Assembly (NCBI GenBank): GCA_951804945.1
Contig: OX638159.1
Location: forward strand, 25,296,001 to 25,360,000
Reading direction: 5' to 3'
Length of the DNA: 64,000 nt
DNA from: Podarcis cretensis
Lineage: Eukaryota
A program made the position numbers and the translations under genes. Shown here one piece after another: positions 26,206 through 39,439 of this stretch (the stretch's first letter is position 1; each line of letters begins with the position of its first letter). The notes below the pieces were generated by a model, which saw only the letters and a list, made by a program, of their open reading frames with translations, was not told where the DNA came from and searched no databases.

Positions 26206-28718
26206 GTTATGAAATGAATACACTGTTAATTTGATTTAGTCTTATCCTCTCTTTTCCAAGTTGTTTCTGTCAAATTTATGATGCTAATTACAGAAGCAGA
26301 GTGAAAATATTACTCAGAAACAACAGCAGCCAATAAAAAATGTAAGAGACGAACTGCCATCTATGGATATAAATATCATTGTCCAGCTTATTTTGGAATT
26401 TCAGTCATTCAATCCAGTTTAGAATTGTGCCTAGTGTTCATCAGCATGTGTGTGTGGAGTGCTGGGTGGAGGGACAGCTCAATTGTGAAATCTGAGAAAC
26501 TTTTCATCTATTTGGGCATGTAGAATAGAAGCATGATAAAGCAAAAGCGTTCTCCTTTTGCTCCTCTGGATTTTTACAAATCCATATCCAGATGTTTCAT
26601 GGGCCATTTTTCACACAACACTCACTCACATGGAACAGTCCTGTGTCTTTAGCTCTGAAATCATGTGGCTACTCCCAGCCCCAGTGTGACCACCCACCCA
26701 CCAACATGGCCTATTTATTCATTTATTTCGACAACTGGTATGCTACTTAATCACAATTGTCTTTCAGCAGTATACAGGAGAACCAATTTTTAAAAAAATG
26801 AGTTAAAATTATAAAGTCAGAATTCAGTTGAAAAGCTCCCTGGAATAATATATATTTTAAAATCAGTAAGGAAGTATATTTCACCTCATCTGGAAGCAAG
26901 TTCCACAAAATTGGCCCCACAATTCTGAACACATGACTCCTTGTGAAGATGAGTCACACATCTAAGCCATGCGCAGGAACACTAACAGTGCTTCCCCCTG
27001 AAGACCTTGGTGATTGAGCAGCAATATAAGAGATCAGGTGGTGTCTGAGATATATTGAACCATTCTGTGAAATGGAATATTTCTGGCAGAGGCAGAAAAA
27101 GAGAATTGTCTCCCTGTAATGGGCAGCTTGCCATCTGTTGAAGAAGAAAACTGAGGGTTCAAATGAGTTCTGTGTTTTGCAGCACAGATGATAATTCTGC
27201 CTTCTCAGGCTCAATTTGCCTTCTGTGGAATGAATGTTTTGCAACTAGTCATACCCACCTTAGCAGTCATTTTGTCAATATACGTGCCCCTCGTGGTTGC
27301 AACTTTCTGATGGCAGCCATACCACTCTCGAACTATGTCCATGGGGCTAAAAAAACTAACACAAAGCTAAGACTTGAAAATAACAGAAATGAAACTGTGG
27401 TGCAAGCAAACATTTCACTCTCATAATGGCAAGGCAAAGGAACAAGTCACAACATGCCAACTATTGCTTTTCCCCTCTTCGTGTGAGTTTATCACATTCT
27501 AATTAGGTCTATTGTCCAATTAAAATCTTTAACTTGATAAGCTTTGCTGCTCTTAGCAAGCCAATATATTGATTAAGTAGTAAACGTTATAGCAACTCAA
27601 TATGGCTTACGCAACAGAATTCCCTGATCTTTTATTGTGTGTTTGTTTTGTTTTAAACCTGATTATAAAAACCAATTGTTAGGTTAATGTTTTCACCATG
27701 AGGTGAATTTTTAATTGTTAGGTTCATGTTGTGCACATTTCTGTTAAACATTCCCTTTTTACCTGATAATAGCTGAAATTTACCACATTCTGATAGCTGA
27801 TACCAGAAATGTATCACAGCTCAAAGCTAAAATTATCCATGTGATATTAAAACTCACTCCAAAATGGGAGCTAGGTAACTGTGCTGTCTTGTCCATATGT
27901 AAAATGAATCTAGAATCAGAAATTACAAATACATGTACATTTGGGATGCTTACTTTGACCGAAGGCTAAATCCCTATGGTGGAGTCTGTGAGTCTGTTCC
28001 CTCCACCATGCTTATAAGCAGAATTCTGGAACTGAACCTGACCACTGGTTGAGATCCTCAATTCCATGCCCACTCCCACAGTTCAGCACTGATAGGAAGG
28101 CAGCACTACCCACTTGTCAATCACCTGACAGCATAACGAAATGGTAAACTACCATCATGTGCACACTTACCTAAGAGAAGTCCAATGGACCCATTGTGAT
28201 TTACCTACAGGAGCAGCTGGCATTTTAGCAACGAAATTGCTGCCACTTACCAGGATAGAGCAGGGTGAGGGAGGCATGGTGTCAGTAATGCTGGCACAGC
28301 ATGGATGCACCAATGGGAGCACTCCACAGGTACAGCCCTGGCCTTGGCACAACCCTGCCCCACCCTAACCTCATGTGTGGCAGTGATGCTGCTGTCAGGA
28401 GGGTAATGTCCTGGCATTGTCCCACTCCACTGGGCAGGGTAGGTCCTCCAGCTTATTCTCAGTAGACGTGAATAGGATTGCACTGTTAAACACAAGAAAG
28501 CATTAAAATGAGCAATGAAAATACAAAACAATATAACTGTAACCAAAAGTTTACTATTTCAATATGTTGCAAACCATTTTGGAAATAATATTAATAATAA
28601 TATTAATAATAATAATAATAATTATAATAATATTTGTAGCTCACCTATCTGACTGTGTTGCCGCAGCTTCCAACAAACACAATAAAACAATGACAAAAAG
28701 TGTAGATATAATTATTTA

Positions 28719-28901
28719 CAGTGTTTTTTTCTGGGGGGATATGCAGGGGTACGTATACCCCTAAACATTTTGTGAAACTTTGTACTTTTGTCCATTTACT
28801 GTATTTATTTTTCCCAAATTGAACTATAAAATGGTGATTTTTCTTGAGTCAAAATGAGAGCACCCCTAAACATTATTATTTTTTTTAGAAAAAAAGCACT
28901 G
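28719..28901. mobile_element. hAT-type MITE
   Basis: TIRs CAGTGTTTTTTTCT / AGAAAAAAAGCACTG. 8-bp TSD ATTATTTA / ATTATTCA. Confidence 0.85.
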
Positions 28902-29711
28902 ATTATTCAAATTAAATAAAATAAGCAACTTTATCACTAGAAGGTATGCTTCTATAGGCTGGCATCTCATTAGCCAGGCTGTGAGTCCATCTTTAGCTTC
29001 TTTTGAACCCTAGCCTGGAACCTAGACTATATGTTCAAGTGCCAGGGATTTAAAGAGTTTTCCAGATTATCAGAAGCAGTGATTCTATGTACCAGTATCT
29101 TTACTAACGGCTAATTCCCAAGTCCATCTGCAATTTCTTCTGCCCCTCTTCCTCTCAATCACTAAAAGGGACTGTCATGAACACCTCCACATAAATCCCT
29201 AAAAGAGTATACTTACTGTGGACTGTAATTATACACTGCTTGGGGAGAAAATCTTGCATAAAAAGCAGAGAACAACAACACCAATGCCAACAATATGTGC
29301 TAATATAATATACTTTCTTTCTTTCTTTTGCAGATTACAGTTACAAGCTGTTCTGAGTACAGATCTTGAATAGAGAACAGCAAGATCCATGGCAACAGGG
29401 TATTCATCCCAGGTAACACCTGATCCAGGCTGCAGAGCTGGAAGGTATAAAAAGACCAGTTGCCCAATCTCCTAGACTACCTACTCATTGATTTTCTGCA
29501 GAGCAAGCCAAATCAGACACACCACGCTATGGTCAAAGAAAAGAACATCAATAAACACAGTGTCCCAGGTCAGAGATGTTGTTCGGGACATATAGCACCA
29601 AATGACACAAGCAAATGAGAATGCCATGTAAAGAAGGGGAAGGGGAACTTCCTTGCTGAATGCATCTGTGGTAAATGGACATTGAACAAAGCAGACCCAT
29701 CATAACAATGT

Positions 29712-30110
29712 AATAAGAGCTTGCTGGAACAGGCCAGTTGTCCACCCAGTCCAACATCTTGTTTTCATAATGACCAACCAGATGCGTACGACTGGTGTGG
29801 TGAACCCTTGACACACACACCCCAGGTGTTGCTGAACTACAACTCCCATCAGCCTCAGGAATCCTTGCCATTGGACAAGGGCGATGGGAGTTGTAGTTTA
29901 GCAACATACGGAGGGTGAAATGTTCCCCACACTTGGCCTATGGGAAGTCCACAAACACAGTCTGAGCAGAACAGCAGTCTCATCTCCTGTGGTTTCCAGA
30001 AATGGGTTTTTAGAAGCACATCACCTCTGACCATGGAAGTAGATGACACTAAAATAAATTGTTTGAGGGTGCACATCCATTTACCCCCTCACCATGTCCT
30101 TTCTCTAGTA
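29712..30110 (-). mobile_element. CR1 3' fragment interrupted by a palindromic MITE (~29790-29932)
   Basis: Similar to 33013-33400. The insert has the inverted core AACTACAACTCCCATC / GATGGGAGTTGTAGTT. Confidence 0.55.
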
Positions 30111-32189
30111 GCATCAATCCTGGTGTCCACTGCATCTTCAATAGGAACTGATAGTAATACTAATTTTCTGATAAATCCAATTATTTTACTTTGTGGAATC
30201 ATGACTAAGTCATTGAGACTAGGGCACATTTCCATCTTCATAAACAGAAAGAGTCTCCTAATTAGTGAAGCAAGCTTATGAAATACATTGATTTTATACC
30301 ATTTAGGCTCCTCTAGAGTGCCCATTAAAATTCAACTAGCAGCACTAATGTAAAAAGCCCAGCATATCCTCAGCTAAAATATTGTTATAGCCTAAATATA
30401 TGTCTATATACTTTCCATGAAATCCAAATAGCATGCCTATTATGCATCCTAAATTACTGGTTGCTCGGCAGCATCTTGAGTTGGACTTGTGCAGAGTGAT
30501 TCTAACTATCATGTTTGTTCTAACATTAATCTTGTTGTTCATTATATCATTTACTGTTCATTATATCAAGAGATAAATTGCAGAAATGCTTAATATTGTT
30601 AGTTCAGCTTGGCTGGCTTCTTCAGTGACACTAATTCTATAGAGCAGTTGGGCAAAATCAATGTATAAAGCAGCATTTGTATTAAATTATACTTGTTGTA
30701 TGATTGAATCAACACTACACAGAGTTTTCTCAAGTTAATTGATCAGCTCCAATGTAACAAATTAACACAATGCAGAAAACTTGCATAAGTTCACAACAAA
30801 TGCAAACAGTAAACAACAGGCAGCAAAAACCAGGTCAGGTGGGACCGAACAACCAAAATCCATTAGTGTTCAAAAGGTCAGCATCACATGGAATTAAGGC
30901 TTAATGTTCTTTATTTAATAACAGGTTGTGAGTTTAAAATAAGAATCACATTTAAAAGGGTATTTGTGCTTGGAAAGCTTTCCGCCTTTCTACAAATTGA
31001 TTTTCAACCTGTGTTTGGCCATGCTTCAGTGAGATATGCAAGGATGTGAATAATAGGAGAAGAAGTGGATGTGTTATTAATATCAATAGAAAGAGTAACA
31101 GAATGGGAATAGAAATAGAAAATGACCCCTTAGCCTCCTCTCTCTTCCAAAGCATGTTTTATGTAAATCATCCTAAAGTTATTTGCCATTTTCTAATTCT
31201 GGGATTTAGTTTTTGGACTGAAGTTTCTGGGGAACAATAAACCCCATTCCGAAATTTGTGCCATTTAAGTTACCTTGGACGATTTACATCAGAGAACCCA
31301 TTATTTTCAGCAGACAACCATAAGGAACTTCTCATTTTAAAGTTGGCTTTGATAAAGTGATGAAACGATCTATAATCCAGAGAGCTCATCAACTACTCCA
31401 CAGTATTCTTATCCAAGATTCAGCTTCATTAAGGACTTTTTTGAGTTTATATGAGTCCCTCTTACACGTATTCCTATATACCATCTTTTCAATTCATTTC
31501 ACCAGTGTTTCCATGACTACATATTGTATTGCTATTACTGTTAATAACATCCACGGTTGCTTATGTTGTTTATGGGTCTCATTGACTTTGTCTCTGGCTT
31601 TTGTGCATCTGAGAGACCTTCTCTTTTGTCTTTACAAATGGCATGGGATTGTCAAATTCTACTGTGCGATTCGCTGCATCTGAAGTGGAATCTGGCTTTC
31701 TGGAACTCTGTAGCTTTAATATGTCTCAATAAAATTCTTTTATTATTGAATTTTCTGTGGATATACATCATTTTGTTTGTTTTTGTATATGGGTTGTAGC
31801 TCCATTTTGCTCAAAAACACAAATTTCCTCTTAAAAGTGTATTCTAACATAATACTACCTTTGAGCTCCTGTTTAAGCAACTGACTATTACCTTAGGGAA
31901 ATACCATTTATTTTATTTTATTTTATTAAAAAGGAACAGTGATTGCTAAATTATTCTCTTAGATGACGTTAACAGGATTTACAAGCTTCCTAGAACCGTA
32001 ATAGCATTTAGCAGTTTCCTCTGTCCTTACATTAAACACACTAAAAGATAAGTCTGGCACAAGAAGTAAACAGCTTATTCTACTGGATGTTTATTCCTCA
32101 ACACCCATTTGTGTTGTCTCTGGAGATGTGCAGAAAACTGAGCCTGAGATATGAAACACAGAGGCAAATGCTTTGCAGGAGGTACCATA

Positions 32190-32395
32190 GTTTAATGGTA
32201 TGCCATGATGGTTAGGCTCTGCCTCCATGGTCAAAGGCAGTAATGCTTCTGAGTACCAATGGCTGGGAACCCCAGAAGAAGAGAGGGGTCTTGTGCTCAG
32301 GTCCTGCTTGTGGGCTTCCAACAGGCATCTGGGTAGCCACTGTACAAACAGGATGCTAGACTAGATTGGCCTGATCCAGCACGTTCTTCTTATAT
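32190..32395 (+). mobile_element. CR1 3' end fragment
   Basis: ACAGGATGCTAGACTAGATTGGCCTGATCCAGCA..TTCTTATA; reverse-complement similarity to 33013-33230. Confidence 0.6.
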
Positions 32396-32542
32396 TACGA
32401 AGAACGTCCCAGGTTCAGTTCCTGGCATCTTTAGTTTTAAGGGTGAGGGAGCCAGTGGTGGGAAAGTCGTCTGACTAGGATTTTAAGAGAACACTTGTCA
32501 GACAAAGAAAATAGTATTCCTTGGCCAAGGAATACTTGGCTT

Positions 32543-32946
32543 TAATAATAATAATAATAATAATTTATTTATACCCTGCCCATCTGGCTGGGTTTCCCCA
32601 GCCACTCTGGGTGGCTTCCGACAGAATATTAAAACCACAATAAAACATCAAACATGAAAAACTTCCCTAAACAGGGCTGCTTTCAGATGTTTATTAAAAG
32701 TCAGATACTTGTTAATTTCCTTGACATCTGATGTGAGGGTGTTCCACAGGGCGGGTGCCACTACCGAGAAGGCCCTCTGCCTGGTTCCCTGTAACCTCAC
32801 TTCTTGCAGGGAGGAAACCGCCAGAAGGCCCTCGGCGCTGGACCTCAGTGTCCGAGCTGAACGATGAGGGTGGAGACGCTCTTTCAGGTATGAGCCGAGG
32901 CCGTTTAGGGCTTTCAAGGTCAGCACCAACACTTTGAAATGTGCTC
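32543..32946 (-). mobile_element. L2 3' fragment
   Basis: Reverse-complement L2 tail with (AAT)n. Translation FKVLVLTLKALNGLG..LKERL...RAFSVVAPALWNTL. Confidence 0.9.
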
Positions 32947-33012
32947 TAGGAATATGGTTTCTACTATATCCCATCACAGCGTATGTTAGTGGGTATGGGA
33001 GTGTGGCTTTAT

Positions 33013-33400
33013 GAACAACACAGGAGGAGCCCTGCTGGTCAGGCCAAAGGCCTATCTAGTCCAGCATCCTGTTCTCACAGATGCCAATCAGAAGCCAATG
33101 AGAAGCCAACAAGCAAGTTCTAAGTGCAGCAATGCTCTCCCCACTTGCGGTTCCTAGCAACTGGCATTCAGAAGCATACTGCTCCAACAATGGAGGTAGA
33201 ATACAACCATCATGGCTAGCAGACATTGGTTGCCTTATCCTTCAATTTTGTTTTTCTAATCCTCTTTTAAAGCCACCCAAGTTGGTGGCCATCACTACAC
33301 CCTGTGGCAGCAAATCCCTTAATTTAACTGTAAGAAGTGTCAAGATGTACTTCCCTTTGCACATTCATTTGATGGCCCGGAACCTATTCCCCTTTTAATA
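33013..33400 (-). mobile_element. CR1 3' fragment
   Basis: CTGCTGGTCAGGCCAAAGGCCTATCTAGTCCAGCATCCTGTTCTCACAG...CTAATCCTCTTTTAAAGCCACCCAAGTTGGTGGCCATCAC, as recalled for squamate CR1 ends. Confidence 0.65.
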
Positions 33401-33694
33401 GCTGGCTAAGGATTGACAGAGGGACACAGATGGTGCTGTGGGTTAAACCACAGAGCCTAGGACTTGGCGATCAGAAGGTCGGCAGTTCAAATCCCCACGA
33501 TGGGGTGAGCTCCTGTTGCTCGGTCCCTGCTCCTGCCAACCTAGCAGTTCAAAAGCACGTCAAAGTGCAAGTAGATAAATAGGTACCACTCCAGCGGGAA
33601 GGTAAACGGCGTTTCCGTGTGCTGCTCTGGTTCGCCAGAAGCTGCTTAGTCATGCTGGCCACATGACCCGGAAGCTGTATGCTGGCTCCCTCGG

Positions 33695-34292
33695 TGTGCT
33701 GGTCCCAGGGGGAGGTTACCGTGGGGCGAGGTCCAGGACCTGAGTCAAGGGTCGGCAGACAGTCCTCCAAGGGCGAAGCGGGGTCCAAGGCGAGGAGCAG
33801 GGCTAGGACAGGAACTCTCGAGGAACAGGACAGGGTGCTGGCCGAAACAGCTCTTCAACGACATTGCTCCCACAACCTGGGACCGGGCTGACTCGCCTTT
33901 ATCTTCTCTGAGGCCAGGGGCGGTCCCGGCCCCCAGGAGACCCGCCTCTCCTGGCCTTAAGGCGAGCATTCCTCCTGGGAGAAACCAGTTCCCTCCGCCT
34001 CTCTGACCTGAGCCTCTGCAGCTCAGGAGAGGCTGGAGGGTTAATGGACCCAGGGGGAGACTCACCTTCCCCTGACAAGGCTGGGAGAGGCACACCTGTA
34101 GGCACTGTGTCTTCAATCAACTCCGGAGCCAGAGAGGATTCACCTTGTGCCTGCTCCTGAGGATCCGGCACAGGTGCAGGTGCTTCATATCCAAGGCCCT
34201 CCCCCAGTTCAGCCGGCCCTGGAGGTGGGGACTCTTGTGCAGGCTGGGGTTCCTCCAGTTCAGCCTCTGAATCAGATTCCCAGGCCATCACA
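33695..34292 (-). mobile_element. Solo LTR (598 bp, probably Gypsy/Ty3-type)
   Basis: TGT...ACA termini with imperfect inverted ends (TGTGCTGGTC / TGTGATGGCC). 5-bp TSD CTCGG / CCCGG. TATA-like GATAAAAG on the minus strand at ~33896-33903. Confidence 0.88.
33899..34288 (-). CDS. Putative LTR(U3)-encoded 129-aa acidic/Pro-rich plus Arg-rich protein
   Basis: ATG at LTR nucleotide 5; the stop lies inside the TATA-like box. Residues 1-91 have 19 D/E and no K/R; residues 92-129 have 14 R and 1 K, including SPRRNARLKARR. Translation is not demonstrated. Confidence 0.45.
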   Translation of the reverse strand: MAWESDSEAELEEPQPAQESPPPGPAELGEGLGYEAPAPVPDPQEQAQGESSLAPELIEDTVPTGVPLPALSGEGESPPGSINPPASPELQRLRSERRRELVSPRRNARLKARRGGSPGGRDRPWPQRR

Positions 34293-37200
34293 CCCGGCCA
34301 ATAAAGCGAGATGAGCGCCGCAACCCCAGAGTCTGTCACGACTGGACCTAAGGGTTGGGGTCCCTTTACCCTTTACTTTTTAAGGATTGACAGAGGACTT
34401 ATTTACTTCCTTACCAGTCTTGCCTTCCCCTCAGTCCCCAGAGGAGACTTCATAAGTGCAGAACATACCACCTATACAAGAATTTGACAGAGCTCAGTGC
34501 ATGCAGTGCAGCTGTTGTGATTCTGTCCTGTACAGAAGACTTGGCATGAAACAATGGTATTATTTTCCTCCATGGGCTACTAGAGCCTCTTATTTTCTCC
34601 TCGATCACCATTTTGCAATGAGGCCCCCCTCCTCAGCTATCACTCAGTGGCAACAGCTTATAAATATACAGCATGCACCCTTGTGGGAGCCAATGAAAAG
34701 CTAATTAGAATTTTATGAAGAGATGTATTTATTTTAATATTTCATGTGAAATTTCGCTTGCTCTCTTCCCCCCACCACTGGCTCAGTAATAGAAGAAACG
34801 GAACAGAGCAGGTGGAAGAGAACTCCAAACTCCCCACTCTGATGCCATTTCAAGCAGATATTTTACAAACCCTTCAAAGCGCTATGCCATTGTTGATCAT
34901 AGACTTAATTAATGAATCAATAGGACCTCCGAATATTAATCCTTGATTCTGTGCATCTGTACAATTGATTAAAATAATGGATGGAATTGATTGTGGGCTT
35001 GGAGTATATAACTTGAAAATCAAAAGGCTTTATTTGCAAAGGATCAACCTGTGAATGTTGTTATTTTTAAACATAGCTAATTATGCTCATTATTTCAAGT
35101 CCAGGGTTGATGGCAAAAGTGCATGCAACTGTGATGTTTGCTGACATTTTGCATTATCCCCCAGCATTACTATATTTTGGAATTCATTATTAAGGAATTG
35201 AACAGCTTTTCACAGTGTGATTCCCTCCAGATGTTTTGGACTACAACTTCCATCAGTTCCAGCCAGCAATTGGGGACAGCTTGATTGCATTGTAGTACAT
35301 AATTTTTGCATGATTGTATAATGCGAAATCAATGTATTTTTTAAAAAAATATATTAGAATGGAATGAAATATTCATCACAAAATTTATATTTTTTCAGTG
35401 CAATGTATTTAATATTCCAATAATGTAACCAATATAGGAACTATTTTTAAGGCCTGCAAGGGTCATAGACATTTACTTGAAATAATTGTTCTGAAGCCAA
35501 TCCAGGCTTCTCTATTCATTTCAGTGGGACTCAAGCTACTGTTTCAGATCACATTATAAGGCTATCATGTATGTTACCCATCTTCCATACCAAAGATGTT
35601 TGGATTCGCATAATAAATGTTGATAATATCATAGCAATATAAATGCTAATGAGCCATATTTGGAATTATACTATACTTCCTTTAATCTCTACATGTAATA
35701 ATAAATATCAAAAGCACAGGATGAAATTCAATGGCACAGCTGGGCTTTACCTGGTGGGTGACACAAAGCATATTCAAAGGAAAGAATATTCCATTAGTTG
35801 TGCTTATTATATAGAAGATGCATGAGGAACCTCTGATGAGGTATTTTATTTATTTATTTATTGTAGTGGAGATTAAAATTCCCATGTGAGCATCATTGCA
35901 GTGTGACACATATGCTCCTGAGCTGCGAGAAATGGTATCTGAAAACGCAAAGCGAACTGAGGAAGAGAATACTGTAATACAATGTCCATCTTTTGAAAGG
36001 AGGCAAGACTGATCCATAGAATAATATGATACTTGGCTTGCAATATCTGAATAAGTGCAAATCCCAAAATATGGCTATGTTTTGGTTCACATGTTGCTTC
36101 ATAAAGTGTTAATTAGGTAAGTATGCCTTTAAATGTGAGCAGAATCGTATTTGTCCCCCATCCAGCAATGTGTCAGACACCAATTCTCAAGCATAGCACA
36201 TCATGACGGCCATCTTGGTTTCGGTACCCTAACCATGACACAGTCTCCCCAGAGAGGTCCAGTTGCCCCCCCCCCCGATGATTTTAGCTAATTAGTTCAA
36301 ACACTTTTCTTCCTCTGGGTCTCTGACAAGTTTAAAATTCATGCTGGTTAAATGGATTGGTTTTTTGCTCCGCCTGCATGCCTGCTTTTGGAAACCTTTT
36401 GTGTTGTATGTTTTAATATTGTAAGCTGCCTTGAGGCCTTTTTCAGAAACAAAAGGAAGGAATATAAATTATTGTATGACGAAATGAGCACTAACACGCT
36501 ACTGGGGGTAGAGGGATCCAAGAAATATATCTCTTGGATAGTGATCAATCTGTTGGCTGCTGGATGTTCCCTCCCCACTTGGGTGGATAATGAGTTTTAG
36601 TACTGTGAGTCAGGATAATGCACACATTTTTTTCCAGCACATGCCTTACGCGGTTTTGATCAGAGCCACAGAATCTTGCTTTAATTATATTATATCATTT
36701 GTTAGCACATACTGTATATGGGGATGACATCAGCATATATTTTGATGTACTAGAACTTGTTTTGGCATGAAATCAGATGAAATCATACGTATTACTGTTG
36801 TCTCTTTTAAATATGTTGGTGGGGGCAAAAGGCCCATCTCAGATTTCAAGATGGGCATTTTGCCCCCCACCATCACATTTAAAAGAGACAAATTAAAGCT
36901 TATGCCAAACCAAAGGATGCCAGTGGAGTTTATTTCAGCATGTTCATTTACTTACACACATTAGACATCATTAGTATGTTTCATCCATAAGTTATCCTTA
37001 ATTACCTGAAGAATATTCCATTTACTTTTGCAATTTATGGCTTCATAAGAAAATAACTTGTAGAAGAAACATTTCCCTAATTTGCATGGCCTAATTAGGA
37101 GAATATTAATTGCTTATTTTACAATCAGTAATTTGATTTTTGTTTTGGGCATGTGTATACGTAAAGACAAGACACTATTTCCAATTAGTTAAAATGAAAT

Positions 37201-39439
37201 TGTTACCAAGCAGAGATGCCTTTAATGTTTTGTTGAAACCTGCGAAGGGAATATTTACCTTTGCATTTTGTTCTGACCTTCTCTGCTCCACCAACATATG
37301 CTCAATTTTCTCTCCATTTTACCCCTTCAGATGTAGAACTTTGTGATTAATATCGCTTCCTGGCATTGCCTCTTCTGCTAATGAAAAATATTGGGTGTTC
37401 CTTTTTTGCATCCCTGAATGGGAACTCACACAGACCAAATAGTGTAGGTGAACTCTTCATTCACTCTTCTAATTGGTTAGGAATAGTGTTTGAAAGTCTC
37501 AAGTAATTTGCCATTATTATAATGAATAGCATAAACTGCAATTTTTCATAGTAATTAACTTGTGTCAGCACCATTATTTTTCATTAATTATAAATGAAAA
37601 AGAATGAAAGAACACCCACAGAAACAGATGTGTGAAATTGTCTCCGAGGTTCTGTTCTACGCCTCCCACCCGCTTCCTCTTTAATAAATTGTGCGTGATT
37701 TGGGGACCCAGCTAAACAAGAATGCAGATGGTCCTAGCTATCCAGGGAAGAGAAGGACAAAGAGCATTTAATAAGCCTGCTGCCCACAAACTCCACTGTT
37801 TCCATGAAAAACACTGTTGATACTGACACTAGAGATGCAGCAAATACCAACTGGAACATGTAGCAGAGGCAGCTGTGAAAAGTTGGGCAAACCCAATCTG
37901 ACAGGGCAGCTATCCATTTTGTTTAGAAGTCAAAATAACACTATCTGTTTTTGTCAGGCTTATAAGCCCCGGGCGAGCTTGATTAAAGGCAATGGACGGA
38001 AACCACACACTTTAATTTAAAGCAATATTTTTGGGCTTGGAAAAGTTGAATATTAATTTGTTTACGGTTATTCTCCTTCCTTTCCCAAAGCTCTTAAGCT
38101 GTGTCTGTTTCTCAGATTTGAGCATGTTGGTCTCTGTGGAAGTTTACCTGCTATCCTTCTTTCCAGTCTCATTTCTTTGAATTGTGACTTTAACTTCCTA
38201 CTGACAGAAGAAAAAGGTTGCTTCATCCAGACCTATTATCCATCAGAACAATGGCAGTCTTTGTGTTACTGAATGTATTATGATGCTGAGCAATAAACCT
38301 GGTACTAAGAAGGTGAGGCACAAGCAGTGGGTTGAGTTAGGACCATATTTCATTAATACTATCTACAGAGGAAATGAGAAGAGGCTCACTTAACTTCAAC
38401 CATGGGTGAGCAAAACCCTGCCCATCCCAAAGCCTGGACCCCACCTTATGGAGGGTTGGAGGCCTTCCTACTCAGCCACGTTCCAAAGAACCACAACTCT
38501 GGACATATATTCTATATCCAGGATAAGGACCTCACAACCCAGAGCAGCTGGATTGTGGAAATTCTGTTTGCCCGTTCCTTTGTCTAACATTAACCTTTCC
38601 TTCTCCTTCTAGCCAACGTTGTGACCATTCAACCCACTGATCTACACTGACCCCTAATTCCCCTAGAATTCAGTACAGGCAAAAATTTGCCGGCCAATTT
38701 GCAGGTAGGCAAAAAATCCCACAAAACCCTACTCAGCCTTGAAGCAACTGGAAAGCCTATCCTGGAGCAGAGGAAACATGGCCAAACCTGTGGATGCCCT
38801 CTCCCTAAATTCAGATGCTTGCATGTGTGCAAATGGTCTTGCAACCATTTCCCCAGATACAGCACTACAAGGCAGGCAGAAGTAGACTTTAGTTTGCCAC
38901 AGCTGCCAAAAGCAGTGATCCTGTGGTGAATTTTATATGCACACATCTTTGCATGAAGTTTAAAAGGTCTTATCACGCCAATAGTCCTTATCATGCTATG
39001 AGTAACCATGCCCTTGTCTTCTGCATTCCTAATGACCTCTGTTTGGGGAGTTAATACTCTCTTCCCAATTAAATACCTTTTATTCATTTTAATGGAACAG
39101 TTTTTAATCATTTTAACTTCTCACCTCTGGATTTCTTTAGATAAATGGTTGGCTTTAATCACTTTTCCCCAGTAGACTAGCTTAGGATGTGCAGAGCAGG
39201 CTAGGTTAGGGGACACAGGGGGATAGGGTTGCATCTTCTACCTAAGGCAACTGCCTCCGCATTCTGTCTAATGGTAGAACCGGCCCTGATTTTTACTATA
39301 TATTATGTAAGTGCACTTGTGGTCTTTTTTCGTACTAAATTTCAACTTACCATGTGACATTTGTGTGTATCATTGTCCACATCTGTGCACCAATTTGCCG
39401 ACAGATATTTTCCCCCACCCAGTCTCCTCCACACATCTG

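Larger units (their letters stand above)
33421..34380 (+). mobile_element. Sauria SINE split by a solo LTR
   Basis: SINE halves 33421-33694 and 34293-34380 rejoin at CTCCCTCGG|CCAATAAAGCGAGATG. 14-bp TSD TAAGGATTGACAGA at 33407-33420 and 34381-34394. Confidence 0.93.

Noticed and set aside
34289-34339. N-terminal extension of the 146-aa ORF in the track
   Set aside because: It crosses the LTR/SINE junction into antisense SINE from a non-ATG start. Only the LTR-internal ATG frame was kept.
38629-39111. 160-aa ORF (and similar 51067-51537, 18346-18819, 12164-12595)
   Set aside because: No domain similarity or exon signals recognised. Some overlap repeats in antisense; treated as chance frames.
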